From a virus (taxonomy: Duplodnaviria; Caudoviricetes), in IMG/VR virus record IMGVR_UViG_3300049573_000219, positions 64,001-128,000 of that record: DNA of 64,000 nt; one strand, written 5' to 3'. The first letter of the stretch is position 1, and every line of letters starts with the position of its first letter. Both the position numbers and the translations under genes were made by a program. The notes under the pieces are model-generated. The model did not search any database. It was not told where the DNA came from and saw nothing but the letters and a program-made list of their open reading frames with translations. Shown here in pieces: positions 1 through 9,455 of the stretch.

Positions 1-299
1 TGCGCGTCGGTCACGTCCTCCCGGTCGATCCGGCCCTGCGGGAGGTCACCCCAGTCGACGCCGCGCAGGAAGCGCTCGGCGCTGACCAGGTCGGTGAGGT
101 CCCGGTCGACCGGGACGACCCGCAGGATCACGAACTGCCAGTCACCGCCGTCGAAGGCCCGGATGTCCTCCTCGCTGTACCCCTCCAGCAGCAGCGGGCT
201 GGCCGCCCCGTCCCGCTTCAGCTCCACCTTGAAGTCCACGTTCCGCACGCCCCACCGGGCGCCCGGAACCGTCCACCAGTCCAGCAGGTCCGTCGTCAT
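1..299 (-). CDS. hypothetical phage protein (runs off window start)
   Basis: ATG at 299 with upstream GGAAGGG; MTTDLLDWWTVPGARWGVRNVDFKVELK... open to the window edge. Confidence 0.7.
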   Translation of the reverse strand, partial: MTTDLLDWWTVPGARWGVRNVDFKVELKRDGAASPLLLEGYSEEDIRAFDGGDWQFVILRVVPVDRDLTDLVSAERFLRGVDWGDLPQGRIDREDVTDA

Positions 300-381
300 C
301 ACGCTTTTCCCTTCCGTCCGGCCGGTTCTGACACCGACTCCCCGGCTGCCGGACCAGTGGCCCGGCCGCCGGAAGGCTGGA

Positions 382-831
382 TCAGCTCCCGAAGATGAAC
401 GTCCCCGGCTCCCCGGCGGGAACCGGCATCACCACGAAGTGCAGGCCGGTCGTCGGGGTCATGTCGTCGTCGGCGTACGAGCCCCAGTCGAAGCGCTCGA
501 CGCCGCCCGCCCGGTCGAGCGCGTCGTACAGGCGCCCCAGCTCACCGTTGCGGCCGGACTTCAGGTCGTCCTCGGCGTACTCCTTCAGCGCCTCGCCGAC
601 GGTGGCCCCGGAGCCCAGGTAGCTCTCCTCCAGGAAGTCCATGATCTGGTCGGCCGGGATGTCCTCGAACTCGTCCGGCTTGCTCTCGATCAGGGTCGCA
701 GCGGCGAGCACCACCCACTTGCCGTAGCGCTGAATCGCCTCGACGACGTGCCCGGCGGCCTGTCCCGAGCTGTACCGCTTCGCCTCGTGGTCCGTCACCA
801 CGCCTGCGGCGATGTCCTTGAAGTTCTCCAT
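382..831 (-). CDS. ArdA-like antirestriction (DNA-mimic) protein
   Basis: Acidic; FLEESYLG...ALKEYAEDD...FDWGSYADDD...FIF resembles the ArdA C-terminal pattern (by eye). Confidence 0.55.
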   Translation of the reverse strand: MENFKDIAAGVVTDHEAKRYSSGQAAGHVVEAIQRYGKWVVLAAATLIESKPDEFEDIPADQIMDFLEESYLGSGATVGEALKEYAEDDLKSGRNGELGRLYDALDRAGGVERFDWGSYADDDMTPTTGLHFVVMPVPAGEPGTFIFGS

Positions 832-842
832 CGGTGTCCCTC

Positions 843-1118
843 TCACTCTCCGTTGAGCCCGGCGATGCGGGCCTGTTCCTGCATGTCCCGGAAGACCTCG
901 TCGGCCTCCAGGCTGTTGTGCCGCAGCTTCATCTCCTCGACGGAGTCCCGCAGCACGGCCGCCTTCACGGCCCCGGGGACCGGAAGGTCCAGCTCCCGGG
1001 CGTGCAGCCGCAGGATTTCGGCGGCCGTCGCTTCGACGTCGGCCAGCTTCCCGCCGTTCTGCATGTATGCGAGGACGTTGACCGCGTAGCCGATCGCGCT
1101 CTCCCGGCCGTCCGCCAT
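843..1118 (-). CDS. hypothetical protein
   Basis: MADGRESAIG...; start overlaps the upstream stop (TGATG). Confidence 0.75.
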   Translation of the reverse strand: MADGRESAIGYAVNVLAYMQNGGKLADVEATAAEILRLHARELDLPVPGAVKAAVLRDSVEEMKLRHNSLEADEVFRDMQEQARIAGLNGE

Positions 1119-1486
1119 CAGACCTTCGCCCCCTCGGCCCGCCGGTCGACCGAGGCCCAGTAGGCGGCGATCTCCGTCTTCATGCTCCGGTCGAAGTCCA
1201 CCTTGCTGCGCTTGCTCCAGTTCGACCGGGCGCCGGGCATCAGCTCCAGCCAGTCCTCCCGGTGGAAGATCCGGGGCGTGCCGTCGCCGTTGCGCCACAC
1301 GGTGCTCACGTACGCCTGCATGAGGTCGGCCCGGCGCACCCATTCGTCGAGCGTGTCCCGGTTGAGGTTCGGGATGCCGATCCCCATCTCGCTCAGCACC
1401 TCGAACGCGCACTGCACGGGACTCAGCTTCTCGATGCCGGTCTTCGGGGTGCCGTCCGGGTTCAGGAAGGTGTAGCGAACGGTCAT
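1118..1486 (-). CDS. hypothetical protein
   Basis: ORF track, SD GGAG, high GC3. Confidence 0.8.
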   Translation of the reverse strand: MTVRYTFLNPDGTPKTGIEKLSPVQCAFEVLSEMGIGIPNLNRDTLDEWVRRADLMQAYVSTVWRNGDGTPRIFHREDWLELMPGARSNWSKRSKVDFDRSMKTEIAAYWASVDRRAEGAKV

Positions 1487-1578
1487 GCGGTCTTCTCCAA
1501 TCCGTTGCTGACGGAATCGTCAGGGCGGTCCCGTGCCGCCAACCGGGAGCCCTTCCCAGGGGCCCGGTTTCATCCGTG

Positions 1579-1887
1579 TCAGACGGTCCAGTCCAGGCCC
1601 TCGAAGAGGGCGGTGATGGCGTCCTGGGCGTGCTCGGGGACGTGCGTGTCACCGAACACCGGGTAGTCCACGACCGGGATCACGGCGAGGATCCGAGAGG
1701 CGTCGTCCCGGGCCGTGACGAAGGCCCGGCGGCGGCCGTTCAGCTCCTCGTGCGCCGCCTTGACCGCCCGCTCCAGGGCGTGCGGGCCGGAGTACGGCGC
1801 CGACGTCCCGTAGGTGGACTCGGGGAGCGGGTCGACGACCGTGGAGTGGACGATGTAGTGCGTGGTCTTCGGGGTCAGCTCAGACAT
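1579..1887 (-). CDS. hypothetical protein
   Basis: ORF track, coupled to upstream gene. Confidence 0.75.
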   Translation of the reverse strand: MSELTPKTTHYIVHSTVVDPLPESTYGTSAPYSGPHALERAVKAAHEELNGRRRAFVTARDDASRILAVIPVVDYPVFGDTHVPEHAQDAITALFEGLDWTV

Positions 1888-2248
1888 CCGTGTCCTCGGC
1901 TTCCTGGTGGTCGTGCGGGTAGTCCGTCGGAAGCGGGGCGTCGTTGGCGATCAGCTTCGGCGGGTGGACGTAGGACAGGCGGGCGCTGTCGTCGTAGTAC
2001 GACTCGACCCGCATCGCCCGGTCGTACTCGTCCGGACGCTCCGGGTGGTTGGGCTTGTCCAGCTCCAGGTCGGCGTCCGTGACGCCCATCGCGCGCCGGA
2101 GGTCGGCGTTGTAGGCGTTGCGGTACTCGACCGCCCGGCCGTGCCCGATCTCGTCGTTCGGGAACCGGTAGACCGTGTGCTCCATGTCGTAGGCACCGGC
2201 CACGACCTCGACGAACTCGGCGGTACGGCGGTACTCGTCCATCTCCAT
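1880..2248 (-). CDS. hypothetical acidic protein
   Basis: MEMDEYRR...; SD GGAGG. Confidence 0.75.
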   Translation of the reverse strand: MEMDEYRRTAEFVEVVAGAYDMEHTVYRFPNDEIGHGRAVEYRNAYNADLRRAMGVTDADLELDKPNHPERPDEYDRAMRVESYYDDSARLSYVHPPKLIANDAPLPTDYPHDHQEAEDTDV

Positions 2249-2298
2249 GACGTCTCTCCTCCCGAGCCCCAATCCCCTTGGGGCCCTCGAATCTTACT

Positions 2299-2308
2299 GA
2301 CCTAGGCC
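2299..2308. promoter_or_regulatory. GRCCTAGGYC palindrome (operator-like), 2 nt upstream of minus-strand -10 TAAGAT (2291-2296)
   Basis: One of five intergenic copies. Confidence 0.5.
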
Positions 2309-2316
2309 AGCTTCGT

Positions 2317-2661
2317 CTACTTGCGTTCGGCGAACCTGGGGTTGGTTCCCAGCGGCGGGAGCGGCACGTGTGTCTCGCGTTCGACCTCACCGCTGACGAA
2401 CTCCCACGAATCCAGGAAGTTCGTCACCCATCCCTCGGTGCGCCCGGATTCCACCGCCATGCGGCGCACGGTCTCTCCGTCGGGAACGCCCCCCGGGAAC
2501 TCGTCCAGGACGGCGTCAAGCGTCCTGTCGAGCAGATCCAGTACGACATGAATCTCGTGGATCGTCATCCCGAAAAGCGGGGCCAGCCGCTGTTCGATGA
2601 TCTCCTGCCGGGTCCCGGCGACCGACTCGCCGGGACGGCAGGTGCAGCTCAGCTCAGCCAT
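2317..2661 (-). CDS. hypothetical protein
   Basis: ORF track, coupled gene. Confidence 0.75.
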   Translation of the reverse strand: MAELSCTCRPGESVAGTRQEIIEQRLAPLFGMTIHEIHVVLDLLDRTLDAVLDEFPGGVPDGETVRRMAVESGRTEGWVTNFLDSWEFVSGEVERETHVPLPPLGTNPRFAERK

Positions 2662-3172
2662 CCCGGCGCACCACCGTGCAGCCGCAAGGGGCGGCCGTGG
2701 GGTTCGGGCAGATCTGCCGGTCCCGCTCGGCGAGGCTCCAGAAACCGGCCGCCGACGTCCATCCCATCTCGTACACGCCGTACTTGCCGTCCACCCGGTA
2801 GCGGTTGTTCGGGTGGAAGTGACCGGCCGTGGCGTGCACGTAGATGTCCGAGTCGCCGTCCTTCCCCAGCAGGGCGTCCCGGATCAGATCCGGCTCGGCC
2901 TCGCTCAGCCACTCCAGCCGACCGGCGGGCGTCTTGCGTCCCTCGGTCAGCTCCTCGTACAGCTTCTGCACCCGGTCCTCGTTGCCGTGGACGTCGATCC
3001 AGGCCCGGATGCCCCGCTCCCGGTCCTCGGGGAAGACGAACGAGCTGATCATCTCCAGCAGTTCGTCGTCGCCGTACGCGAAGTCGTCCCCCTCGGCGAT
3101 CTCCCGGAGGAAGTCGGCCAGCTCGGGCTCTCCCCAGATCCAGTGGATGATCTTCATCGTGGTCGCGTGCAT
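2654..3172 (-). CDS. hypothetical acidic protein
   Basis: ORF track, SD GAGGGAG. Confidence 0.8.
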   Translation of the reverse strand: MHATTMKIIHWIWGEPELADFLREIAEGDDFAYGDDELLEMISSFVFPEDRERGIRAWIDVHGNEDRVQKLYEELTEGRKTPAGRLEWLSEAEPDLIRDALLGKDGDSDIYVHATAGHFHPNNRYRVDGKYGVYEMGWTSAAGFWSLAERDRQICPNPTAAPCGCTVVRRDG

Positions 3173-3186
3173 CTTCTCCCTCTCCT

Positions 3187-4158
3187 TCAGCCGTTCCTGC
3201 GGCTCTTCTCGACTTCCTTGATGGCCTTGTCCCGAAGCGGCTTGATCGCCGCTTCGATCTGCTCGGCCGTCGGCTCGTCCCCGATCGCCAGGCCGTTCTC
3301 CTTCCAGGCCACAGCCCTGCCCAGGTGCTGGATGTTCCGCTCGTGGGAGCCGTCGCTGTCACCCCAGCAGTACGCGTACCAGCACTCCCGCTTCAGCTCG
3401 GACTTGGCCGTGCGCAGGGTCTTCACGACCGAGCCCCGCTGCCTCCCGTCCTTGCCCATCTCGTCCCGCAGGGGCGTCCCGTCGGGTTGCGTGATCGCGT
3501 TCAGCGCGGCCTTGGCCTTCTTCTCGGCCCGGCGCTTGGCCTCCGCCTCCCTGGCCTGTGCCCGCTCGATCTCCTCGGAGGTCAGCATCACCGACCGGGG
3601 GACCGTCACGTTCTCGCCCTTGTCCCGCCGGGCGACCGGTGCGTCCGGGTAGCAGATGGTGCAGGCCCGTTCCCCGGCAGCCTCGACGATCTCGGCCATG
3701 TCCTTGCCGGAGTAGTCGATCATCCAGGAGAACCGGGTCGGGAACTCTCCCCGGTTGCATGACGAGCAGTGCATCGAGCTGTGCACGTGCCCGTCGGTGA
3801 CCAGGTAGGCCCGGGACCATCCGCCCCGGCGACCGAACTCGTTCTCCAGCTTGGCCAGCACGGTGTTGTCCAGCTCGGCGACGGCGCCCTTCGCCCGGTT
3901 CACCGAGTCGAGCGCCTTGCGCCCCCGCTCGGTCCCGGCCGCCTTCTCCTGTACCTCGGCGTGGCCCATGCGCCACGTCTGCGTGCTGATCCGGCGGTCG
4001 CCGACGGCGTAGTGCACGTCGTTCCAGGCGGCGTACACGTTCATCAGCAGCTCGTACCGCCGGTCCCAGGCGGCGGCGAACAGCTCGTCCACCTGCGGCG
4101 GGGTCATGCCCCGGAGCTGCTGCGGGGTGGCCAACTCGGCGTCCTTGATCGTCTTCAT
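3187..4158 (-). CDS. actinophage-type protein with His/Cys metal-binding motifs
   Basis: GWSRAYLV-GHVHSSMHCSSC...ACTICYPDAP; strong SD. Confidence 0.8.
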   Translation of the reverse strand: MKTIKDAELATPQQLRGMTPPQVDELFAAAWDRRYELLMNVYAAWNDVHYAVGDRRISTQTWRMGHAEVQEKAAGTERGRKALDSVNRAKGAVAELDNTVLAKLENEFGRRGGWSRAYLVTDGHVHSSMHCSSCNRGEFPTRFSWMIDYSGKDMAEIVEAAGERACTICYPDAPVARRDKGENVTVPRSVMLTSEEIERAQAREAEAKRRAEKKAKAALNAITQPDGTPLRDEMGKDGRQRGSVVKTLRTAKSELKRECWYAYCWGDSDGSHERNIQHLGRAVAWKENGLAIGDEPTAEQIEAAIKPLRDKAIKEVEKSRRNG

Positions 4159-4181
4159 GCTTCCTTCTCCTTCCGTCCGAT

Positions 4182-4229
4182 GTGCACTGGACGCCGGGAA
4201 CCCACAGACTCCCGGCGTCCCGAACGCAC
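4182..4229 (-). other. intergenic hairpin family I (TTCG-GGA-stem-loop-TCC-AGTG)
   Basis: 11-bp inverted repeat with conserved flanks shared with 11961, 16287 and 16703. Confidence 0.6.
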
Positions 4230-4233
4230 CGGC

Positions 4234-4674
4234 TCAGAACCTCTTGCCGTCCCAGTTGATGAACTTCTCCGGGTTGTAGGACCGGATCCAGGCGAGGGCC
4301 GCTGCCTCGGCCACGGCCACGCGCTGCTCGTCTGTCCCGGGCCCGATGTACGAGTCCAGCGACTCGTACTTGATCTCCGACCAGGTCGGATCCCACTCGT
4401 CGGCGTCCCCGGCGGCGTCGTCGTCGATCTCGAACCACACCTGCGACTCGATCCCGAGGTTGTCCAGGTTCGGGCCGTAGCCCATGTGGACCTCGATCGA
4501 TCCGACCTTCGCTTCGATCGGCCGCTCGGGGGCGTGGGCGTAGGCGTACACCGTGACCCGGGCGCCGGGACAGTCCGGGTTCACGAACCGGACGCTGGCC
4601 ACCTTCCCGATCTGCGTGTCTCCGCCCACGTCGCCGTCGTCGGACCAGACTTCACCGTGCTGCGTCCATGCCAT
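4234..4674 (-). CDS. hypothetical acidic protein
   Basis: MAWTQHGEVW...; SD AAGGAG. Confidence 0.8.
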   Translation of the reverse strand: MAWTQHGEVWSDDGDVGGDTQIGKVASVRFVNPDCPGARVTVYAYAHAPERPIEAKVGSIEVHMGYGPNLDNLGIESQVWFEIDDDAAGDADEWDPTWSEIKYESLDSYIGPGTDEQRVAVAEAAALAWIRSYNPEKFINWDGKRF

Positions 4675-4700
4675 GTTCTTCTCCTTCTCCGTGGTTCGGG

Positions 4701-4907
4701 TCAGTCCTTGGGGTCGCGCGGGTGCGGGACCTTCGGGATCGCCGGGCCGTTGTCGTCCTCGCCACCGGCCGTCACGCCGGGCTGCGTCAGGCGGGACGAC
4801 GCCGGGCACGGGTTCGGGCACTGCGACGTGCACGAGTGATTCCACTCGGCGCGGATCGTGACCGGGCCGGTGATCTCCGGCTTCGGCTCCTTCGTCAGGG
4901 TGAGCAC
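4701..4907 (-). CDS. small Cys/His-containing protein
   Basis: HSCTSQCPNPC; SD GGAGG. Confidence 0.6.
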   Translation of the reverse strand: MLTLTKEPKPEITGPVTIRAEWNHSCTSQCPNPCPASSRLTQPGVTAGGEDDNGPAIPKVPHPRDPKD

Positions 4908-4944
4908 GTCGACTCCCCTCCTTCCTGGCGAGATCTCCCGCCGG

Positions 4945-5325
4945 TCAGTACTTGCGGACCTTGGACCAGCCGTCCTCGGTCTCCAGGAACGTGCCCTGGG
5001 GCTTCTGGGTGTGCTCGATGGGGGTCCCGTCCGGGAACTCGTACTCCCCGCCCTCGTACAGCTTCCGGGTGATCGTCAGACTGGCCACTTCGACCGGCTG
5101 GCCGGAGTCCATCGTGTGCAGCGTGATCTCTGTGACCAGGGGGTAGTTCTCCTGGCCTCCCGGGATCATGAAGCCGTTCGCCGACCACACGGCCGCCTCC
5201 CGAAGGGCCAGGTTCGCCGACGTCTCGAACGGTGAAACCCACACCCCTTCGTGCCGGTACCCGAAGTCACGGGACCCCTCCTTGTGGCGCCACGTCATCC
5301 GCCACAGGTCCCGAAGCTGATTCAC
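4945..5325 (-). CDS. hypothetical protein
   Basis: ORF track, SD AAGGAG. Confidence 0.8.
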   Translation of the reverse strand: MNQLRDLWRMTWRHKEGSRDFGYRHEGVWVSPFETSANLALREAAVWSANGFMIPGGQENYPLVTEITLHTMDSGQPVEVASLTITRKLYEGGEYEFPDGTPIEHTQKPQGTFLETEDGWSKVRKY

Positions 5326-5387
5326 GCTCTCTCCTTCCGAAGGGGGCGGCCGGTCTCCCGGCCGCCCCGAGCGGCGCCGTCGGCCCG

Positions 5388-5513
5388 CTACTTCTTGTCG
5401 GCGTCCATCTGCTGCGCGTTCTCCGGGGTGACCGCGATGGCCTCCGGGGGCGGGGTGTCGGCCGGGATCGGCACGTTGATCATGTCCGGGGGCTCGGGGG
5501 TCTGCTGCGTCAT
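5388..5513 (-). CDS. small Pro-rich protein (41 aa)
   Basis: MTQQTPEPPDMINVPIPADTPP...; SD AAGGA; below the ORF-track cutoff. Confidence 0.55.
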   Translation of the reverse strand: MTQQTPEPPDMINVPIPADTPPPEAIAVTPENAQQMDADKK

Positions 5514-5683
5514 GTCCTTCTCCGTCTTCCGGGGTCAGTTCCCTGTGCTCACGTGGTGCTCTGCGTGCGTTCGTCCGTACAGGTCAGAGGCCGTACTTCC
5601 GCCTGATCCTCTCGGCCTCCTGGGCGATGTCCTTCCAGTCCTGCATCACGATCACCTCCCTTCCACTCACACCGCTCACGAGC

Positions 5684-5731
5684 GGCGCTCTCGGGCCCCC
5701 GGCCGCAGCCGGTTGCCCTGGGGCGCCTCCC
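5684..5731 (-). other. intergenic hairpin family II (CCYA/GRGA internal loop)
   Basis: GGCGC-CCCA-stem-GAGA-GCGCC. Confidence 0.55.
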
Positions 5732-5732
5732 G

Positions 5733-6080
5733 TCAGGCCGGAGCGGAACCGCTGCGGATCAGGCTGGACACGAAGTCCAGCAGCTCGGCCGCGTCGGTCG
5801 GCAGCTCGCCGCCGGGGGCCAGCTTCTTCAGCAGCTCGACCGTCAGGTGCTCGGCCTGGTCCCGGCGCAGGGCGGTCACCGGGGCCGTGGTCCCGTAGTA
5901 GCCGGGGTACGGGAACGCGAAGTCCCCGCTCCGGCACAGGCCGCCGATGATGATGTCGAAGTTGTGCCCCTGCATGCTCTGCTCATTGCGCCGCCGGACG
6001 TGCTGCTCCGCCGCGTTCAGGTACTCCTCCGGTGTGGCCACCCAGGCACGGCCCTCGTTCAGGCCCTCGCTCGTCAGCAT
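5733..6080 (-). CDS. hypothetical protein
   Basis: ORF track, strong SD. Confidence 0.8.
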   Translation of the reverse strand: MLTSEGLNEGRAWVATPEEYLNAAEQHVRRRNEQSMQGHNFDIIIGGLCRSGDFAFPYPGYYGTTAPVTALRRDQAEHLTVELLKKLAPGGELPTDAAELLDFVSSLIRSGSAPA

Positions 6081-6109
6081 CTTCTCCCTCTCCGTCCGCT
6101 CGTTCGAGC

Positions 6110-6157
6110 GGCACTCCCGGGTGCCCGGCCGGAGCCGGGCACCCTAGGGTGCCTCCC
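6110..6157 (-). other. intergenic hairpin family II
   Basis: GGCAC-CCTA-GGGTGCCCGG..CCGGGCACCC-GGGA-GTGCC. Confidence 0.6.
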
Positions 6158-6159
6158 GT

Positions 6160-6480
6160 TCAGAGGTTCGCGCCGCACAGGTGGCACGCCTTGCCGTCGG
6201 CGTGCGCACCCTGGCCGTGGCCGATCCCGAACCGGCTCACCGTCTTCTTCAGGCGCTCCTCCTTCACGCCATGCAGCGGGTTGTTCCCGACGCTGTAGAG
6301 CGCGTACGCCACCTTGGCCGGGCCGCCGTCCTCGATCACGGCGTCGTAACCGCGCACGTAGCCGCTCAGGAACGGCAGGCGCAGGGCCGACGGGGATCCG
6401 GGGTCGACGTCGATCGTGACGTGGTCGCCGTACTGGAACTTCAGCGGCGTGCCGTCGGGCAGGGTCCAGGCGTCGCTCAC
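6160..6480 (-). CDS. hypothetical protein (SH3-like N-terminus, C-terminal CxxC)
   Basis: GTG start overlapping upstream stop; KFQYGDHVTI...CHLC. Confidence 0.7.
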   Translation of the reverse strand: MSDAWTLPDGTPLKFQYGDHVTIDVDPGSPSALRLPFLSGYVRGYDAVIEDGGPAKVAYALYSVGNNPLHGVKEERLKKTVSRFGIGHGQGAHADGKACHLCGANL

Positions 6481-7067
6481 TTGCCAGCCTCCTTGGCGTA
6501 CGGGGCGAACGCCTCGCGGGCCGCCTCCTCGGCGTACTCCCGGCCGATGTGACCCCAGCAGGAGTCGACGTGCTCCCACTCGCGCGTCTCGTCGTCCAGG
6601 TCGGGGTCCTCCCGGTCCTCCGCGTCCCTCGGGATGCGGGTGACGTCCTTCTCGATGATGAAGCCGTAGACCTCGCCCTCGGCCCACTTGCGGTACTGGT
6701 CGATCTCCAGCTCGATGACCCGCTTCGGCTCCCACGGCGTCTCGGCCGCCTTGTCGGGCATCAGGTACCACAAGGACCAGGCGCCGTCGTGGGGGCGGTC
6801 CTCGATGACCGTGGCGCCGTGGAAGAGCCTGGCCCACCGGGTGAAGACGGGGACCGCGTCCACGTACCGGTCCTCGATCCGCTCCCACCCGTCGGCCAGC
6901 GGGCCGCCGTTCTCGTCAACGTCGATGTACCGCTGACCCTTCGGGGTGATCACGTTCGTCAGGTTGCAGTCCTGATCGGTCCGGGGGTTCGCGCTCTCGC
7001 TCTCCTGCTGGATCTCCAGCCGCACCCGGTACCGGCCCGCCGTCTCCAGGATGTCCATGTCCGTCAT
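6477..7067 (-). CDS. conserved phage acidic protein
   Basis: YRKWAEGEVYG...DSCWG motif; SD GAGGG. Confidence 0.8.
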   Translation of the reverse strand: MTDMDILETAGRYRVRLEIQQESESANPRTDQDCNLTNVITPKGQRYIDVDENGGPLADGWERIEDRYVDAVPVFTRWARLFHGATVIEDRPHDGAWSLWYLMPDKAAETPWEPKRVIELEIDQYRKWAEGEVYGFIIEKDVTRIPRDAEDREDPDLDDETREWEHVDSCWGHIGREYAEEAAREAFAPYAKEAGK

Positions 7068-7110
7068 CTCTTCCCTCTCCTCATCCGTCGTCCGTGTTGC
7101 ACCGCCCGGC

Positions 7111-7159
7111 AACACTCCCGGGCCCCCGGCCTTCCGGCCGGGAACCCTAGGGCGTCTCC
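7111..7159 (-). other. intergenic hairpin family II
   Basis: GACGC-CCTA-12bp stem-GGGA-GTGTT. Confidence 0.6.
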
Positions 7160-7161
7160 GC

Positions 7162-7731
7162 TCAGTTGAAAGGGGTCAGCTCCAGCCGACCGTTCTCCAC
7201 GACCATCGGCCGCAGTGCCTCCCGGTCCTCCTCGGGGTCGTGACCCCTCTCCTCGCACTCGCAGCCGCCGTCGTCGGTGCCGTGCTGGATGAAGTCGCCG
7301 CAGCCGTAGCACCAGATGCAGGTCGACGGCTCGTCCAGCTCCCGCACCGTGATGCGCACCGGCTCCCCGTCGGCGTCGGCCAGGAACCGGTCCCGCTTGA
7401 ACACGTCACCCCGGGGGATGCCGAGACCGAGGTTCAGGATGCGCTCCCGGCACTCGTCGAATCCGCAGAACTCGTACAGCGTGTGCGTGGAGCCGTTGCT
7501 GTAGATCTCGATCTGCTGCGGGCCGTCCGCGTCCGTCACCTGCCGGGTCAGCTCGACCGACTCCCGGTCGACCGGGATCGCGTCGTGCGGGTACCGCCAC
7601 GACGCGCCCTCGGGGTGCAGGTGCACGACCGCACCTCCCAGGTCGTGCTCGACGATCCCGGTCTTCCCGCCGTCGTACTCCACCCGGTCGCCCCGGTCGA
7701 ACATCTGGATCCCGCGCGCCATCTCAGCCAC
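7162..7731 (-). CDS. hypothetical protein with SH3-like start and Cys motifs
   Basis: FDRGDRVEY...CYGCG. Confidence 0.75.
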   Translation of the reverse strand: MAEMARGIQMFDRGDRVEYDGGKTGIVEHDLGGAVVHLHPEGASWRYPHDAIPVDRESVELTRQVTDADGPQQIEIYSNGSTHTLYEFCGFDECRERILNLGLGIPRGDVFKRDRFLADADGEPVRITVRELDEPSTCIWCYGCGDFIQHGTDDGGCECEERGHDPEEDREALRPMVVENGRLELTPFN

Positions 7732-7752
7732 GTCGCTTCTCCCTCTCCGTCG

Positions 7753-8052
7753 CTACCAGCAGATCTCGATCAGGTACTTGCCCGCCGGGACGTTGCCCTC
7801 CCGGATCATCTTGGCCAGCACGACCTCGGGCCTCGGGCTGAAGCCCTCCATCCCGGAGTCCAGCCACTTCTTCAGCTTCCCGGCGTCCCAGTCGTCCAGC
7901 TCGTCACCCGTGGCCTCCGTGGTGTACGAGCTGTCGTTCTCCCCCTCGACCGCCAGGCAGGCGGAGTACGGAAGGCCGCCGTAGAACTCCGAGACGGCCT
8001 CGTTGAACTCCCGCTCGCCGACCTCGTGAATGATCTTCGTGTTGATCTGCAT
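7753..8052 (-). CDS. hypothetical acidic protein
   Basis: ORF track. Confidence 0.75.
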   Translation of the reverse strand: MQINTKIIHEVGEREFNEAVSEFYGGLPYSACLAVEGENDSSYTTEATGDELDDWDAGKLKKWLDSGMEGFSPRPEVVLAKMIREGNVPAGKYLIEICW

Positions 8053-8064
8053 GACGCCCCGCCC

Positions 8065-8415
8065 TCAGTAGCTGTAGCCCTCGATGGTGGCCCTCTCGTA
8101 CGCCCCGCCGTCGCTGCGGGTCCACGCCGACAGCTCCGCCGCCACGTACTCCGAGGGGTCGTCGTACTCCTTGGGGAACCCGTCGCCGTCCAGGTCGCCG
8201 TCCGTGCCGATCACGGCCACGCCACCGGTCTCCCCGGCGCCGTTGCTGAACTCCCGGCCCGCCGTCGCCGCCTCCTTGATCTGCTCGGCGTACCGGTCCC
8301 AGAAGTCGCGCCGGATCACCTCGATGTAAGGGGTGTCCACCGTCCACACGCCCGCCCACGAGTCCGTCAGGGCGACGCCGATCTCGTTCTCACCGTCGGT
8401 GATGTAGCTCCCCAT
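8065..8415 (-). CDS. hypothetical acidic protein
   Basis: MGSYITDGENE... Confidence 0.75.
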   Translation of the reverse strand: MGSYITDGENEIGVALTDSWAGVWTVDTPYIEVIRRDFWDRYAEQIKEAATAGREFSNGAGETGGVAVIGTDGDLDGDGFPKEYDDPSEYVAAELSAWTRSDGGAYERATIEGYSY

Positions 8416-8503
8416 GCTCTTCTCCGTTTCCGTCTCAACGTTCACCGTCCGACACGGCACGTCAGCGGCCGATCCCGGAGGACCGGCCGCTCCCGAACCC
8501 GTC

Positions 8504-8519
8504 GGCCTAGGCCAGGTTA
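8504..8519 (-). promoter_or_regulatory. -10 TAACCT directly followed by GGCCTAGGCC palindrome
   Basis: Intergenic; TANNNT at 8514-8519, palindrome 8504-8513. Confidence 0.5.
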
Positions 8520-8550
8520 GCGGCGCCGGGCATCCGGCGCCAGTCGTGCG

Positions 8551-8835
8551 TCAGCCGCGCCCGGACTCGTACCATCCGAGCACGTTCCGGCTCCCGTCGT
8601 CCTGCTGCGTCTGACTCCAGACGATCGACACGGCGCCGATCTCCCGGCCGCTCGAACCGTCGGAGAGCTGCGCCCGCAGCGGGCCGCCGCGCACGGTCAT
8701 CCCGGCGCTCACGCACGGGGCCAGCTCCGAGGCGATGCGGAGCTGCGTGATGGGCTCCGCCCGGACCTCCCAGTCCTCGTTCAGCTTGTCGTACGACATC
8801 GCCGGGTACCTGTTGCTTCCGTCCGCCATGCTCAT
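8551..8835 (-). CDS. hypothetical protein
   Basis: MSMADGSNRY...; coupled gene. Confidence 0.7.
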   Translation of the reverse strand: MSMADGSNRYPAMSYDKLNEDWEVRAEPITQLRIASELAPCVSAGMTVRGGPLRAQLSDGSSGREIGAVSIVWSQTQQDDGSRNVLGWYESGRG

Positions 8836-9455
8836 CCCTTCCGTCCGAACGTGAGGGTGAGGGAGTTGTCGACTCCCTTGCCGTAGCGCTTCGGCGAAAC
8901 CCGCAGAAAGCGCAGCTTGTTGCCGTCCACCAGGAACTCGTGGGCGTACTGCGGGCCGATCTCCGGCTCCCCGGTGACCGGCCAGTCGCACCGCTTGGTG
9001 ACCCGCCCCTTCCGGTCGGTCATCGAGATCCCGGTGTCGTCCTTCCGGGTGATGACCAGGTCGTCACGGAACTCGTTCGCCCCGTGGCCGAACCAGTTGA
9101 CCGACTGCCCCGTCTCGACGGTCGCGGCCAGCTCCCGCACCGTGGCCATGTCGCTCGGCAGGACCGTCCCGTGGCTGCGGCCGAACAGGCGGAAGTCACG
9201 GTTCGTGCACCCGGCGAGGAAGTTGGGACGGAAGAACTCCGCTCCCGTGAATCGCCCCTCTTCCGGCGTGACGTCCCAGTTCGGGCCCGGCGTGCAGTCC
9301 TCCCATGGCGCCAGGAACGACGTCCCGTCGGCCCGCTCGATCTCGTACGTACCGGCCCACTGGTGACCGTCCAGGTAGCGCACCCGGGCTACCCCGTAGA
9401 CCGTCTCCGCGTCCGTGTCGACGACGACCCGCAGGCCCGTCAGGTTGAGGTTCAC
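8832..9455 (-). CDS. hypothetical protein
   Basis: GTG start (VNLNLTGLRV) overlapping upstream stop. Confidence 0.75.
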   Translation of the reverse strand: MNLNLTGLRVVVDTDAETVYGVARVRYLDGHQWAGTYEIERADGTSFLAPWEDCTPGPNWDVTPEEGRFTGAEFFRPNFLAGCTNRDFRLFGRSHGTVLPSDMATVRELAATVETGQSVNWFGHGANEFRDDLVITRKDDTGISMTDRKGRVTKRCDWPVTGEPEIGPQYAHEFLVDGNKLRFLRVSPKRYGKGVDNSLTLTFGRKG